From assembly GCF_006345805.1 (NCBI RefSeq), contig NC_043004.1:2728001-2792000 (forward strand): a DNA stretch of 64,000 nt. The letters are read 5' to 3'. Origin of the DNA: Octopus sinensis. Its lineage: Eukaryota. A program made the position numbers and the translations under genes. The notes under the pieces were generated by a model. It made no database searches. It saw only the letters and a list, made by a program, of their open reading frames with translations, and was not told the origin of the DNA. This document shows positions 38,481 through 52,672 of this stretch, piece after piece (position 1 is the first letter of the stretch; each line of letters opens with the position of its first letter).

Positions 38481-38848
38481 CTATGTATCTATGTATGTAG
38501 CATTTAACAGTATTCTAAAGAGGTTATGTAAATTTGTAAAGCAAGCAGGGCCGTGGAAAACTCTCACCCATTTCTCACAAAACAAGACGATAGTCGGAAA
38601 GAGACACCTTTTAGATCGTTCATTTCCGTCAAATTTCGTCACCCTGCTTTATATAAAAAATAATTCTCTCGACTTTCTAACACTGCATAGGAACAACGTA
38701 TGTTAGTATACAGATGTTTGTCTATACTGCTTTTATTTTATTACTTAACTATGTCTTTGGACCTCGCCAATATTGGGGCACCACTTCATATGGATTTTAG
38801 TCGATCGTTTCGCCCCATCCCCACCCATTACTTATTTAAATTTGGGAC

Positions 38849-39133
38849 TGTTGTATAGTGAAACTGTACACAACTCCCGATAAAAGTGGTAGCAGGCAGC
38901 CATTATAAATACACAAGTAACCAGTCGACTGAGAGAGAGTTTAGAAAGGTGAGAGTAGGTGTAGACTGAGTTGATAGTCGTGTATGTACTGATATAGTAA
39001 TTATACTGTGATACTAAGTGGACATTATAACGATCCAACCTTTTGAGGATACTAATCCTGTATGGGTGCGTGGGGTCGTACAGTGCCAGATTGAACCATT
39101 CTATCGACGAGTTTGGAATATAACAATATAACA
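38849..39133. mobile_element. Possible solo LTR
   Basis: TGTTGTAT...ATATAACA termini about 280 bp apart. No TSD found. Confidence 0.25.
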
Positions 39134-39419
39134 ATCTCTGTCAGAGCGACAACCGTCATCAAAAGACATACAAAAGTGGCAAAAGACAGCTTTACAACAG
39201 GATCTTATTTTATCGAATACTTTTAGTATTTTGTGGCAAATACAGGCGCAACGAAATGCATCTCTCCATACTAGAATACACTAACAGAAACTCACACACA
39301 TGTGATTTCTCTACGACCGTTTCGACCATCTTCATCCAACACATTTCGTTAATGGATCGTCTGCATCTTTTCTATTACTACAAACAATAGCATAGCACAC
39401 TTCACTTCAGTCAGTGTTA

Positions 39420-39610
39420 CCAACGCGGAGTAGATAAAACAGGAGACAACTGATGAAGGGGATGTTCTTTATGTTGTCTGTCGCGTTTGTCTATTTGTTT
39501 CTTTTGCTGTGCAAAAAGTTCGTTTTCCATGTTTTTGTTTTTTATGTTCTCGTTTCTCATCTTGCTCACGTTTTTTGATGTCCTGTACCCATATATGCAT
39601 GTATATATAC
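39420..39610 (+). mobile_element. Short interspersed repeat, homologous to 50960-51200
   Basis: Both read ACAACTGATGAAGGG...GA(T/C)GTCCT(G/A)T(A/G)CCCA.ATATGCATGTATATAT. A Penelope pLTR origin is inferred. Confidence 0.6.
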
Positions 39611-40599
39611 ATATATATGTAGGCATGTACATTTGTGTGTGCATATATGTATATATATATTTATATTATTAATATAAAGCAATTTCTAAAAACACTTCTA
39701 CCTCACTACCAGCTTTACTATTCCATTATAACCACCTCGATTTAGTTCTTTAGAGAGACTATGGGCCTCCCAAAGAATACAGAGGCCTGTGTTAAGCAGT
39801 TAGCATATCCTCGGCCAGTGTGCAAACACTGATAATCAGGTGAATGGTCTGAGAGAAAATAGTTACTGATTGTCGTACAGAAAACCTGGGGTGAAAGGTG
39901 GGGTGCTGCACTGTGCCATTGAAAAATTAGCTCAATTTTCTGCCGCTCAACTGTTTGGCAAAGTCTTAAGTTGTGAGGGCTGCTGAAGCGATGGCCCACT
40001 GATGGTCCACGCTATGGCTCTCCGTGGACTGTTCAGATTTGAGATGAAGGTTAATAATGACTTCCGTCTATCTTTCCATTGTTCAATGACCACCACCACT
40101 GTACACACACACATTCACAAACAACCAGCCATCCGTAGGTGTTTTGATATGCTAGAAATAGCATTTAAGTCTCCTCAAATTACAGTTTATCTCCTTAATA
40201 AGTACAGTTTTGTATTATGCAAGCCTAAATCATCTCATTCTTTTCATGCATAGGTCTACTCGATTAGAACTGACCAATGGCCGGATAACAATTTTTTTTT
40301 TTTAAAGAGTAAAACAACGAAGATGACAGTGACAGTGGCGGCGGCGTTGATAGGAATGCGAAGTCAGTTTTGTATTGACACAAAACAACTAACTCTGCAA
40401 GAACGAGAGAACATTTTCTTAGACACCTGACCTGTTAGAAATAGCAGACAATCACCACTCAAATTGTAACTATGGTCATAAAAGAAAAAAAAAATTTGAT
40501 AAGTTTGACTGGAGGGCCATGACTCGAACGCCTTGATTAATGGTTTACACAAACAAGACTGACTTGGAGCAAAACAACTAGAATTAACAATAAACTATT

Positions 40600-41240
40600 A
40601 CTACTACTACAGCAACTACTATTAATACTACTACTACTACTACTACGCCACCACCTTTATCACGAGCTACCGCCACCACCAATATTACCCATCGCCACCT
40701 TACCATCACATACAACACCTCCTCCACCACTACAACCACCATACTCGCTACTAAACATGCAAATCGCTAGCAACATACGCAAATACACGCGAGCGCGCAC
40801 CACCTCCACCACCACAGCTTCATCTCCACCACCACCACTAACTACCATTAACATGACCACCACCGTCGCCACCACCTTATTATTTCCTACGACACCACCA
40901 CCATCACAACCACCACCAACACCGCCACCAAGACCAACATCACTACCGCCGCCACTAGCAACACACGCAAATACACGCATACACAAGCACACACAAACAC
41001 ACACGCCGCCACCACCACCACCACTACCACAACCACCACAACCACCACCACCAAGACCAACACCACTACCACCGCCACTAGCAACACACGCAAATACACG
41101 TACACACACACACACACGCCACCACTACCACAGCTTCATCTCCACCACCACCACTACCACCATTAACATGACCACCACCACCAACACCGCCACCAAGACC
41201 AACACCACTACCACCGCCACCACCACCATCACCATTACCA
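40600..41240. repeat. (CAC)-rich cryptic repeat with duplicated 60-100 bp blocks
   Basis: CCACAGCTTCATCTCCACCACCACCACT and CACCGCCACCAAGACCAAC each recur; CCACCAAGACCAAC occurs three times. Confidence 0.9.
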
Positions 41241-41589
41241 TAGACAATGTTTGTTGTAAGTTTTATGTATTGGTCCTGTCTTCATAACTACCGACCCCCG
41301 TCTGTCGGAGTTTTCAACATTATAATGACAACGCCGTGACAAAACCCGGCGGGATTCACCCTAAATGGCTATTTTCTCTGATTTATAGCGCCACTAGTGA
41401 GGATTTCTTAGATTTTACTCATGATCTTCTTCTTCTTGTTATTGTTGCCGCTGCCTTTTTCTTATTTATTCATTTACTTAGGCTTTTATTTTGTTATTTA
41501 TTTCTGTTCTTTTTTCTTTATTTCTTTTTTTTCTTGCAATTTCCTTCACTTTTGCTATTGTCGGCATCTCTTCCCTCTTCTGTAAGTCA

Positions 41590-41965
41590 AATATATTTAT
41601 ATGTATACATGTATGTATGTACGTATGTATGTATGTATATATATGTATATATGTATGTATGTATATATGTATGTTTGTATGTATGTATGTATGTATGTAT
41701 GTATTTATGTATGTATGTATGCATGTATGCATGCATGTATGTATGTATGTATGTATGTATGTATGTATGCATGTATGTATGTGTGTATGTATGTATGTAT
41801 GTATTTATGTATGCATGTATGTATGCATGTATGTATGTTTGTATGTATGTATATATGTGTGTATGAATGAATGCATTATGAATGTATGTAAATATATATC
41901 TATATATATGTGTATATATATATATATACACACATATATATATATGTATGTATATATATATATCT

Positions 41966-42017
<52 letters not shown>

Positions 42018-42272
42018 GTATGTTTGTATCATACAAATATATATGTATGCACATATGTACGTATACATGTATGTATTCTTTATGTATGTATCGCTGTGTG
42101 TGTGTGTGTGTGTGTCTGCGTTTGTGTGTGTGTGCGTGTGTGTGTGTGAGCATGTGCGTGTCTCTGTGTGTGTCTTCTATGGTGTATTAACACATTAGCT
42201 ACATTAGGATTTCTAACGAGCTGAATTACATTGAACTTCATTGTGTGCGTATATCCATAAACACGTGTGTGC

Positions 42273-42306
<34 letters not shown>

Positions 42307-42330
42307 TGTGTGTATGAGTGTGGCTACAGT
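41590..42330. repeat. (TATG)n/(TA)n/(TG)n compound microsatellite
   Basis: Direct reading. Confidence 0.95.
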
Positions 42331-43411
42331 GCGTGAGTGTATGTATGGTTTTATGTTTATGTATATATATGTAGATATCGATTACTAACGATGCTGGTCA
42401 ACTTTACTTACCTTTTCACCTGTTTATATACCTACATACATACATATTTATAGAGGGTCCCATTGGAAAACACATCCTACAGATACCGAAAGCTGCATCA
42501 ATCATGTCAAATGTCTTAAGTAGCACCTCGTTTCGCTCGTAACAGTGTGGAAATAAGATGTGTTTTCGCTAAAATATATCTCCTTTATTTAAGACCAAGT
42601 ATTAAAGCATTTTGGCGCATATTTACGACCGAGTCCATTGTCCTTGAGATATTTTTGACTTTATTGTTGTTGTTGTTTTTCTTTTACTATCTCCGTTAGT
42701 CATAAGTGTGGCGTGGTTATGTCCATGATTTTTTTTCTTTTTCTTTTTTTTTTTTACATCTTTCCTTCAACATTGGTCAGATGGTGATACTTGATATTCA
42801 CGTTCATCATCATCAGTAATTCGACGTTTGTTGTAAAAACGTGTTTCGAAAAAGGAATTTCAGGTTATTGTTCTGGAAGAGTTGGGTTTTTGTGGCGCGA
42901 TGCTCAAGGTGATGAGAGAGAATAACGGTAATGAATGCAGCAGGAGCGAGAGATGTGTCGATACGATACGACCGCGCAGAAGTAGTACAGAGATAACTAG
43001 TTCAGATATGCAGAGGAGACTCGTTTTCTGTACTTAAAACCGTTGGAGTAAATATAGAAGAGATTGATAGAAAACAACCCACTTCAGTTATAAGAGCTTC
43101 TATCTGGAACAAACGAGTGAGCTATGCTTTGATAAGCAATTAGATGGCTTTCATTTGATCTCAGATATTTCTGTTTATAGTTGCAGTTCTGTCTCTCTTA
43201 TTTGAGTTGTATCTTACGTGGATCTTGTCTATTTAGAAACTCAGCGAGTGATCAGGGCAAAATGGGAACGCTGTTCTTTGTAGAAGTACAAATCAGGTAT
43301 TTAGGTTGCACGGGTAGTGAAAATTGATAAGTTAAAAATGGTATCATGTGCCGAGTATGTGTGATGTTAGATGGGACAAAAAAAAATTGGCTTATTTATC
43401 ACAAGAAATAT

Positions 43412-43616
43412 TCTTTTCTACTCTAGGCACAAGGCCCACAATTTTTGGGGAGGTGGGTGCAGTCGATTAGCTCGACACCAGTACGCAACTGGTACTTAAT
43501 TTATCGACTCCAAAAGCAAAGTCGACCTCAGCGGAATTTGAACTCAGAACGTAAAGACAGACGCAATGCCGATCAGTATTTCGCCCTGCGTGCTAACTTT
43601 ACTGCCAGCTCGCTGC
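43412..43616 (-). mobile_element. SINE family B monomer
   Basis: Family motifs present. AGAAATAT occurs on both flanks. Confidence 0.88.
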
Positions 43617-44057
43617 TTTAAACAGGAGAAATATCGTAGGATAAATGGTTGAACTTTATACTAAAATAGGGTTTATGGAGCTTTGGTTCCAGAAAACCTC
43701 ATCCACGCTACGATGTAACTCTACCCAATCTTATATTTTCTAACCTGTTGTTGGGGGTTACGTTGGTGACAACAGTAGCAGGCGTGGTGAGCTCAGTTGG
43801 ATCATTACAGTTGCTTCTAGTTTTGCGACACCAAATAACAATCTACGATGAATGTTAATCACTTTCCTTGTATAGTTACATTATAAACAGAACACACATA
43901 CCTATTACTTTGGTGGTATTGGTTACGTGTTCTATAAAACCATGTGGCCATTTGAAAATCTCGTTGCGGCTATTGAGTTGATTTTTACTTGAAACAAAAA
44001 GACAAATGTTTCTGTTGTATAGAATGTCATCTATTTTGAATGGTTTAAATGTTGTTA

Positions 44058-44170
44058 ATGGGCGCGGCCTAGTGGTTAGAGTGTTTGGCTTATGAGTCGT
44101 GGGTTCAAATCTTGGCAATGCACTTCATTTCATGTGGCTCAAATTTACTCAGCCGTAACGGGAACCAGAT
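44058..44170 (+). mobile_element. Minor tRNA-headed SINE fragment; its 3' part recurs inverted at about 49845-49895
   Basis: GGGCGCGGCCTAGTGGTTAGAG (A box)...GGGTTCAAATC (B box). CATTTCATGTGGCTCAAATTTACTCAGCCGTAACGGGAAC matches the minus strand at about 49856-49895. Confidence 0.7.
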
Positions 44171-44481
44171 GGAAGCTCTTACATCCTTGTCTGCTACCAC
44201 ATGCTCTCTCTGAATCAAGGGGCCGAGAAACTGTCAATCCCAGCTCGCGACTACATTGGCATCCAAAACAATTAGTGAAGGTACCTTACCAAACGTTCGT
44301 TATTTACCCACGAATGTTGATGGGTTGTATTTTGTAGATTAGTTTTAAGATTTGCTTGTTTAGAACAACAGAACCATTTCTAGTCAGGGTATCAGAGACA
44401 ATGAATGGAGGTAGTGCTGGGCAAATGGGTTGTTTTTCTTTATGTGAGTGGCTGTTGGTCAATTAAAGGATTAGTCTAGAT

Positions 44482-45242
44482 CAGCGGTTCTCCATCTGGG
44501 TCCGTATGGCCCCTGAGGGTTCATATAAGGTTTTTAGGGTTCCACGTCACACAATAATAAATTGGGGATCGACAATAGCATCTTAAGGGCCCCTAAAAAA
44601 AATGACTTTTGGTATATGTATTGGTGTGTAATGTAAGAAACAGCTAGGCTTCTTTCACATATATTTCTTTATTGCCCACTGGGGGGGGGGTAAACACAGA
44701 GAGGACAAACAAGGACAAAGAGATTAAGTCGATTACATCGACCCCAGTGCGTAACTGGTACTTATTTTATCGACTCCCGAAAGGATGAAAGGCAAAGTCG
44801 ACCTCGGGGGAATTTGAACTCAGAACGTAGCGGCAGACGAAATACCTATTTCTTTATTACCCACAAGGGGCTAAACACAGAGCGGACAAACAAGGACAGA
44901 TATAGGTATTAAGTCGATTACATCGACCCCAGTGCGTAACTGGTATTTAATTTATCGACCCCGAAAGGATGAAAGGCAAAGTCGACCTCGGCGGAATTTG
45001 AACTCACAACGTAACGCAGTCGAAATACCGCTAAGCATTTCGCCCGGCGTGCTAACGTTTCTGCCAGCTCGCCGCCTTTCACATAGTTCAACCTACACAA
45101 GTTAATGTGGGAAAAACAAAATAGGAATTTTGAAAGAAGTTTATATAAAACTGGTTTTTAAACATTGAATGGCTATTGGGGGTCCACTAGAATAAAATAG
45201 CAACCAAAGGGGTCTATAGACAAAGAATGGTTGAGGACCGTG
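44482..45242. mobile_element. hAT-type MITE
   Basis: Termini CAGCGGTTCTCCA / TTGAGGACCGTG. 8-bp TSD GTCTAGAT (44474-44481) / GTTTAGAT (45243-45250). Confidence 0.82.
44662..45075 (-). mobile_element. SINE family B dimer nested in the hAT MITE
   Basis: Perfect 10-bp TSD CTTTCACATA at 44652-44661 and 45076-45085. Confidence 0.92.
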
Positions 45243-45424
45243 GTTTAGATAAACTAATAGGCTTTCGAAGTATATTTGATCGCATCACCATCGTTGATCA
45301 ATTACAGTGTCAAATTATTTCGCATGATGAATTGTCGGAAACTAAAGTATTTTCATTTATTACGAACACACGAATTCTGAGATTATAAATTTGTTTGTAG
45401 GTCGCTTAAGTTGCTATGAAATAT

Positions 45425-45860
45425 TGGTTTCAAATTTTGGCCCAAGGTCAGCAATTTCAGGGGAGCGGGTAAGTCGATACATGGACTCTAATACTCAATT
45501 GCTACTTATTTTATTGACCCCCGAAAGAATGAAAGGCGAAATCGACCCCAGCAGCATTTGAACTGTGAACGTAAAGACGGACGAAGTACTGCTAAGCATT
45601 TTCCCCGGCGTACTAACGATTCTGCCAGTTTGCCACCCTTTCGTTACTATGAAACACTGGTTTCAAACTCTAACACGAGGCCAGCAATTTTGGGGAAGAG
45701 GTTAAGTCGATTACATCGACCCCAGTGTTCAGCTGGTACTTATTTTGCCAGCCCCAAAATGATGAAAGCAAAGCCGACCTCGGTGGTATTTGAACTCAGA
45801 ACGGGCCAAATACTGCTATGTCTTTTGCCCGGCGTGCTACCGATTCCAGCAGCTCGTCAC
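45425..45860 (-). mobile_element. Two degenerate family B SINE copies
   Basis: Two successive AAGTCGAT...GAAAG..AA...TTTGAACT...TTC(T/C)(G/A)CCAG units. Confidence 0.8.
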
Positions 45861-46185
45861 TTTTGGTTAACCATGAAATATTAACTGAGAGCATAAAAGC
45901 CAAAGAGATTGTCATTTCGCGTTGCTCGGATTGCCAAAACAGAAACCAAATTTGAATCAAAACACTCTCTGCTGTCTTAAAAAGAGAGAAAATAAAACAG
46001 ATTGGTCATTACTTGAATGCTTCAGAACATAGATCGACTCGATATGTATTAACAGGTGGGTCTCAGCCCAGAAGAAAGCGGCCACTGGGGGGGGGGGATG
46101 CGGCTGTCTATATATGTCGAAACTTATTTTCAAAAAACACCTCCTAGTTTAAAATATTGAAGGGCCTTTAGGCAGTGGATGTATT

Positions 46186-46420
46186 TTAAATGGTGTTGGT
46201 GCCGATTATTTGTTTAATTATTTTGTTTACAGAAGCAATGCTAAGTTTGCAAAAGAGGGCAGACTGGGGGATAGCTTTTGTACGTAAGATATATAGATGA
46301 GGGCCAGGGCCTGATGTAAAGGGGAAAAAAGGAGGGGATATAAGGAAGAGAAGTTGCTGGTCCTTTAGCTCCTCAATCAGAGATCTTATAAGCAAATATT
46401 TCTAAAGTGTTAGCTGTTAT
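46186..46420 (-). mobile_element. Possible C-terminal zinc-knuckle remnant of an I-group LINE
   Basis: Two adjacent frames combine to YLTYKSYPPVCP(L)/FCKLSIASVNKII. Weak similarity only. Confidence 0.25.
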
Positions 46421-46739
46421 TGTTAAGTATTAATATGTTATACTTAATGATGCTGGGTTATCTTAAACTATAATGTCTAAAGTGATTGGCAACACTTTCT
46501 TGGGATGAGAAATAACTGATAAGAAGATGTTTAATGTAGTTGCATTTCTGTGTTGTTGTTGTTGTTATTGTTGTATTCTGGTTCTGTGTTCATGGAAGAC
46601 GTAAATAGACGGGAGAAAATGTCATAAAAATCACAATGCAGAACTGGAAGCGCAAAATGAAGGCAGTTACATGAGAGAAAAGAAGGCATTTATTTATCTA
46701 ATAATTTGCCTATAAAAATAGAGATAGGGAAAAATGGAG

Positions 46740-48470
<1,731 letters not shown>

Positions 48471-49417
48471 ATATAATTACATAAATACGTATATATACAC
48501 ATTCGTATACATGCGTGTATGTAGTTAACTAATATGTATATATACAGTGTGACAGGAGAGATAAAATAAATACGTTCAAACGTACATAAAGATCTAAATA
48601 TACACACAACCACACACTAACATACGTATAGATATATATATACATACATATTACAAGTGTATGTGTGTGTGTGTGTGTAACAGAAAACATATGCGTATAT
48701 ACGTATATGTGTGTAATTGTGTGTTTAAGGAACAATTATTTTATTTTCGATATTTGACATATTGAAAACACGACTGTGTTCTATCTTCTTTCCTTATGTT
48801 TCTTTTAATCAAGCCTCTGTCGTGGCTTTATCTGATTTCTTTACAGCTTAATCCGCACAGTAATATTCCGAAATCCATCATCAACGCTTGGAGACTATCA
48901 TATAAAACTGTCAAAAATTACTCCCGAAATATAATTCAGCGGAAGTTTTTCTATTTTTTTCTTTTTGGCTACTTCTATTAAAATATCTCACTTTGACATA
49001 TGTTTTGCTCACAGTCTAAAGGAGAAATTTAAACAGCTCTTTAGGAAATAAATTCATATCAATATATAATTAGACAGTATTTGACGTGCTTAATTTTGTC
49101 CAGGTAGACGTAGGGAGTTCATAAAAACAGCCCCGACTACGGGTAATGAACTTCAATTAAATACACCGTTTATAGACCCACACAGGATAAAGTATAGATA
49201 TTAGGGCTATATAAATCAAAGACATATACAACTACACATTTTGAGGATGTCTCCATTAAGGGATACCCCGCTGATTTTCTTCAATTCAAATGTACCTCTC
49301 TCCCTTTTATCCTGACATATATATACATATGTATGTGTGTGTGTATGTATCTATGTATGTATGTATGTATGTATGTATGTAGTATGTTGTATGTATGTAT
49401 GTATATCTGATAATATG

Positions 49418-49479
<62 letters not shown>

Positions 49480-49557
49480 TAGGAAGTGAACGAATATGAA
49501 CGAATACAGGATCACACTGACTATATATATATGTTTAAGAATATGTATATATATATA

Positions 49558-49600
<43 letters not shown>

Positions 49601-49999
49601 TTTAAGGAGAGAGAGAAAATTGATAGATAGATAGAGTGGGGTGAGAGAGTGATAATACATATCACTAATAGCAAACAGAATTTCGGGTATATGCTCTTCC
49701 AGGTAATCGACTTTCACCTGTTACCTGTAATGTCTCAGCCAAAATATAGATTGATTGACCAATATCTAGAACCAGGGCAAGCTTTGCAATGTCTAATTTT
49801 TCTTTCAAGTTACTATTAGTTTTGTATCCGATCAACAACTCAGCATCCAGCTAGTTCCCGTTACGGCTGAGTAAATTTGAGCCACATGAAATGAATAAAT
49901 AGATAGCAGATGGACAGGCAGACAGAAAGAGAGAATGGCAGACAGACGGACAGACGGACGGACGGACAGTCAGATAGATAGAGACATACAGACAGACGG

Positions 50000-50135
<136 letters not shown>

Positions 50136-50959
50136 TAGACAGACACAGACATATATATCAATAAATACGTACATACATGCAAGCATACACACATACATAC
50201 ATGTACATATATATGCATACATACATATAAAAAATGTGTAGTCGCTTTGTTAGCGGCCGACGTGAATCCTCTTTTGAAGAACGTAAATGAAAGTCAAAGA
50301 AGAATCATACATATGTATGTCTTTCACCAACACAAGAACGTGAACTCAAATCCTATTATCAAGTATAATTATTTATTCAATTAATCCGTAAGCTGCTCTC
50401 GCTAATTCTAAACAGCAGCACAGTACATGCGCTTGCATCGTGATTTAATTTATTCAAAATACATTAACTCAGTCTTTGATTGATAGTGAAAATTTAATAA
50501 AGTTGTTACCGCCACTTTAATCTACGTTCTCAGCGCATTCTCTGTTACGGAAATTAGACTAATTTGTTTAAATAAGTCCTATTTTTTATCCATTCTAAAT
50601 AGCTTTAAACGAATAATCTCACCGCAAAGAGAAGTTGCATGTAATTTCTTCGATGCGTAACTAACAAGATCAGATATTGGTCAGCCTATCCCATTTTTGC
50701 TGGCCACGGAAACATAATTGCCAAATAGAGTAGTTTGTCCGAGCGTAGGATAAAATATCTGGCCGTATACGTTCGAGTTCCCATACACACACCACGTTGT
50801 AGCTGGAAAAAGGAAGAAGGCGTTCTTGTATGTCTCCTGTCCTAGCTTGATTTACGCGTTCGCCACCACAACCTCGTTTAAGCTTAGCAGCCCTTCCTGT
50901 TTGATTTCACTGTCCTGTTTGTGTTACCTATTTTGACCCTCGCAAAGTCCCAAATTTTA

Positions 50960-51200
50960 TTTAATTTGCTTTGCGGGAGCAACTGTTTTATCGAAAGCGT
51001 ATATTGCTGTTAAATGCTCGAAATGCGAGACTATAAAAAACAGCCAACAACTGATGAAGGGTCGTTGTTTATGTCGTTTGTTTGGTTTTCCATTTGTGTC
51101 ATTCGCTGTTCGAAAGAATAGCTCATGTTCCACGTGCTCGCACTTTGTACTTTCTGTTGTACACGTTTCATGACGTCCTATGCCCACATATGCATGTATA
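50960..51200 (+). mobile_element. Short interspersed repeat, homologous to 39420-39610
   Basis: See 39420. Also contains a degenerate AGC...GCTCGAAA(T)GCG motif enclosed by CTGTTTT...AAAACAG. Confidence 0.6.
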
Positions 51201-51259
51201 TATATATATACGTATAGATGTAAATATGTACATATACGTATATATATATATATATATAT

Positions 51260-51505
51260 ATTTCTTTATTGCCCACAGGGGGCTAAACATAGAGGGGAGA
51301 AACAAAGACAGACAAAGGGTTTAAGTCGATTATATCGACCTCAGTTCGTAACTGGTACTTATTTAATCGACCCCGTAAAGAGGAAAGGCAAAGTCGACCT
51401 CCGCGGAGTTTGAACTCTGAACCTAGCGGCAGACGAAATGTCACTAAGCATTTCGTCCGGCGTGCTAAGGATTCTGCTCGCTCGCCGCCATATATAATAA
51501 ATATA

Positions 51506-51549
<44 letters not shown>

Positions 51550-51866
51550 TATATATGGCGGCGACTTTGCCTTTCCTCTTTACGGGGTCGATTAAATAAG
51601 TACCAGTTACGAACTGAGGTCGATATAATCGACTTAAACCCTTTGTCTGTCTTTGTTTCTCCCCTCTATGTTTAGCCCCCTGTGGGCAATAAAGAAATAA
51701 GTATTATACTTAAGGAATATCGATGTGTCTGCTGGGGTTGTCGATAGGTCGACTTTGCCTTTCATTCTTTCGGGCTCGATTAAATAAGTACCAGTTACAC
51801 ACTGGGGTTAATGTAATCGACTTAAACCCTTTGTCTGTCCTAGTTTGCCTTTTATGTTCAGCTCCC
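51260..51866. mobile_element. Family B SINEs: minus copy 51260-51489, inverted duplicate 51557-51699, partial plus copy 51746-51866
   Basis: 51260-51393 is the exact reverse complement of 51565-51698. Confidence 0.92.
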
Positions 51867-51925
51867 TGAGGGCAATATATATAATATATATATATATAAA
51901 CACAAACACACACATGTACATATAT

Positions 51926-51978
<53 letters not shown>

Positions 51979-52339
51979 ATCATATAACTGAATTTAGTAT
52001 GAATTGAAAGTTGGGGTGCAAAACTCTATGTCCTCTGCAGCATGGTGCGCTTATCGTGCTTATTCTGCAGTTTCGGTTCTTATTCTGCAATCTCTTTAGA
52101 TTTTGCATGTTTCTGTTTCCCTGGTGCGAAATCAAAACAGTTTTTGAAGACAATACTTCTCAACTGAAAGAAGGTCGGGTTGATTTTCCCGATGATATTA
52201 ATTTTAATAAGTGTTCTGGAATCATTAATAACAACCCACAGTATAAACCTTGATGGTGATTTATTCTAGAAACTGAAAGCGTTCACTTACAGCAAACTAC
52301 CATAAACATGGTATCCTTCAATTTTCGTTACGAATAATT

Positions 52340-52545
52340 AAGAGTCGTTATTTACATTATCTACATTTGACGGGTATTTGTCCTCATCTTGCTTGTTGTT
52401 AACACATTTCGGCTGATATACCCTCCACCCTTCATCAGGTGTCTTGGAGAAATTTCGAACCTGGGTTCTCATTACTAAGGTATATCCGTCGAATGTAAAT
52501 AATGTAAATAATGTACATAATTCCTCATCTCTTAAATATAGCACT
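52340..52545 (-). mobile_element. Penelope-like pLTR fragment with a degenerate type-I hammerhead motif
   Basis: Minus strand GACAC-CTGATGA-A-GGGTG..CAGCC-GAAA-TGTGTT at 52401-52445. Confidence 0.6.
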
Positions 52546-52554
52546 GAAATAAAA

Positions 52555-52672
52555 GTCGATTCGAGGTCAACTTTGCCTTCCATCTTTTCGGAGTCAATAA
52601 AGTAAATACCAGTTGCTTACTGGGGGTCAATCTAATCGATGCCCCGCCTCCTCCAAAATTTCGTGCCTTGTA
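52555..52672 (+). mobile_element. SINE family B, 3' part
   Basis: GAGGTCAACTTTGCCTTCCATC...AATTTCGTGCCTTG. Confidence 0.8.
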
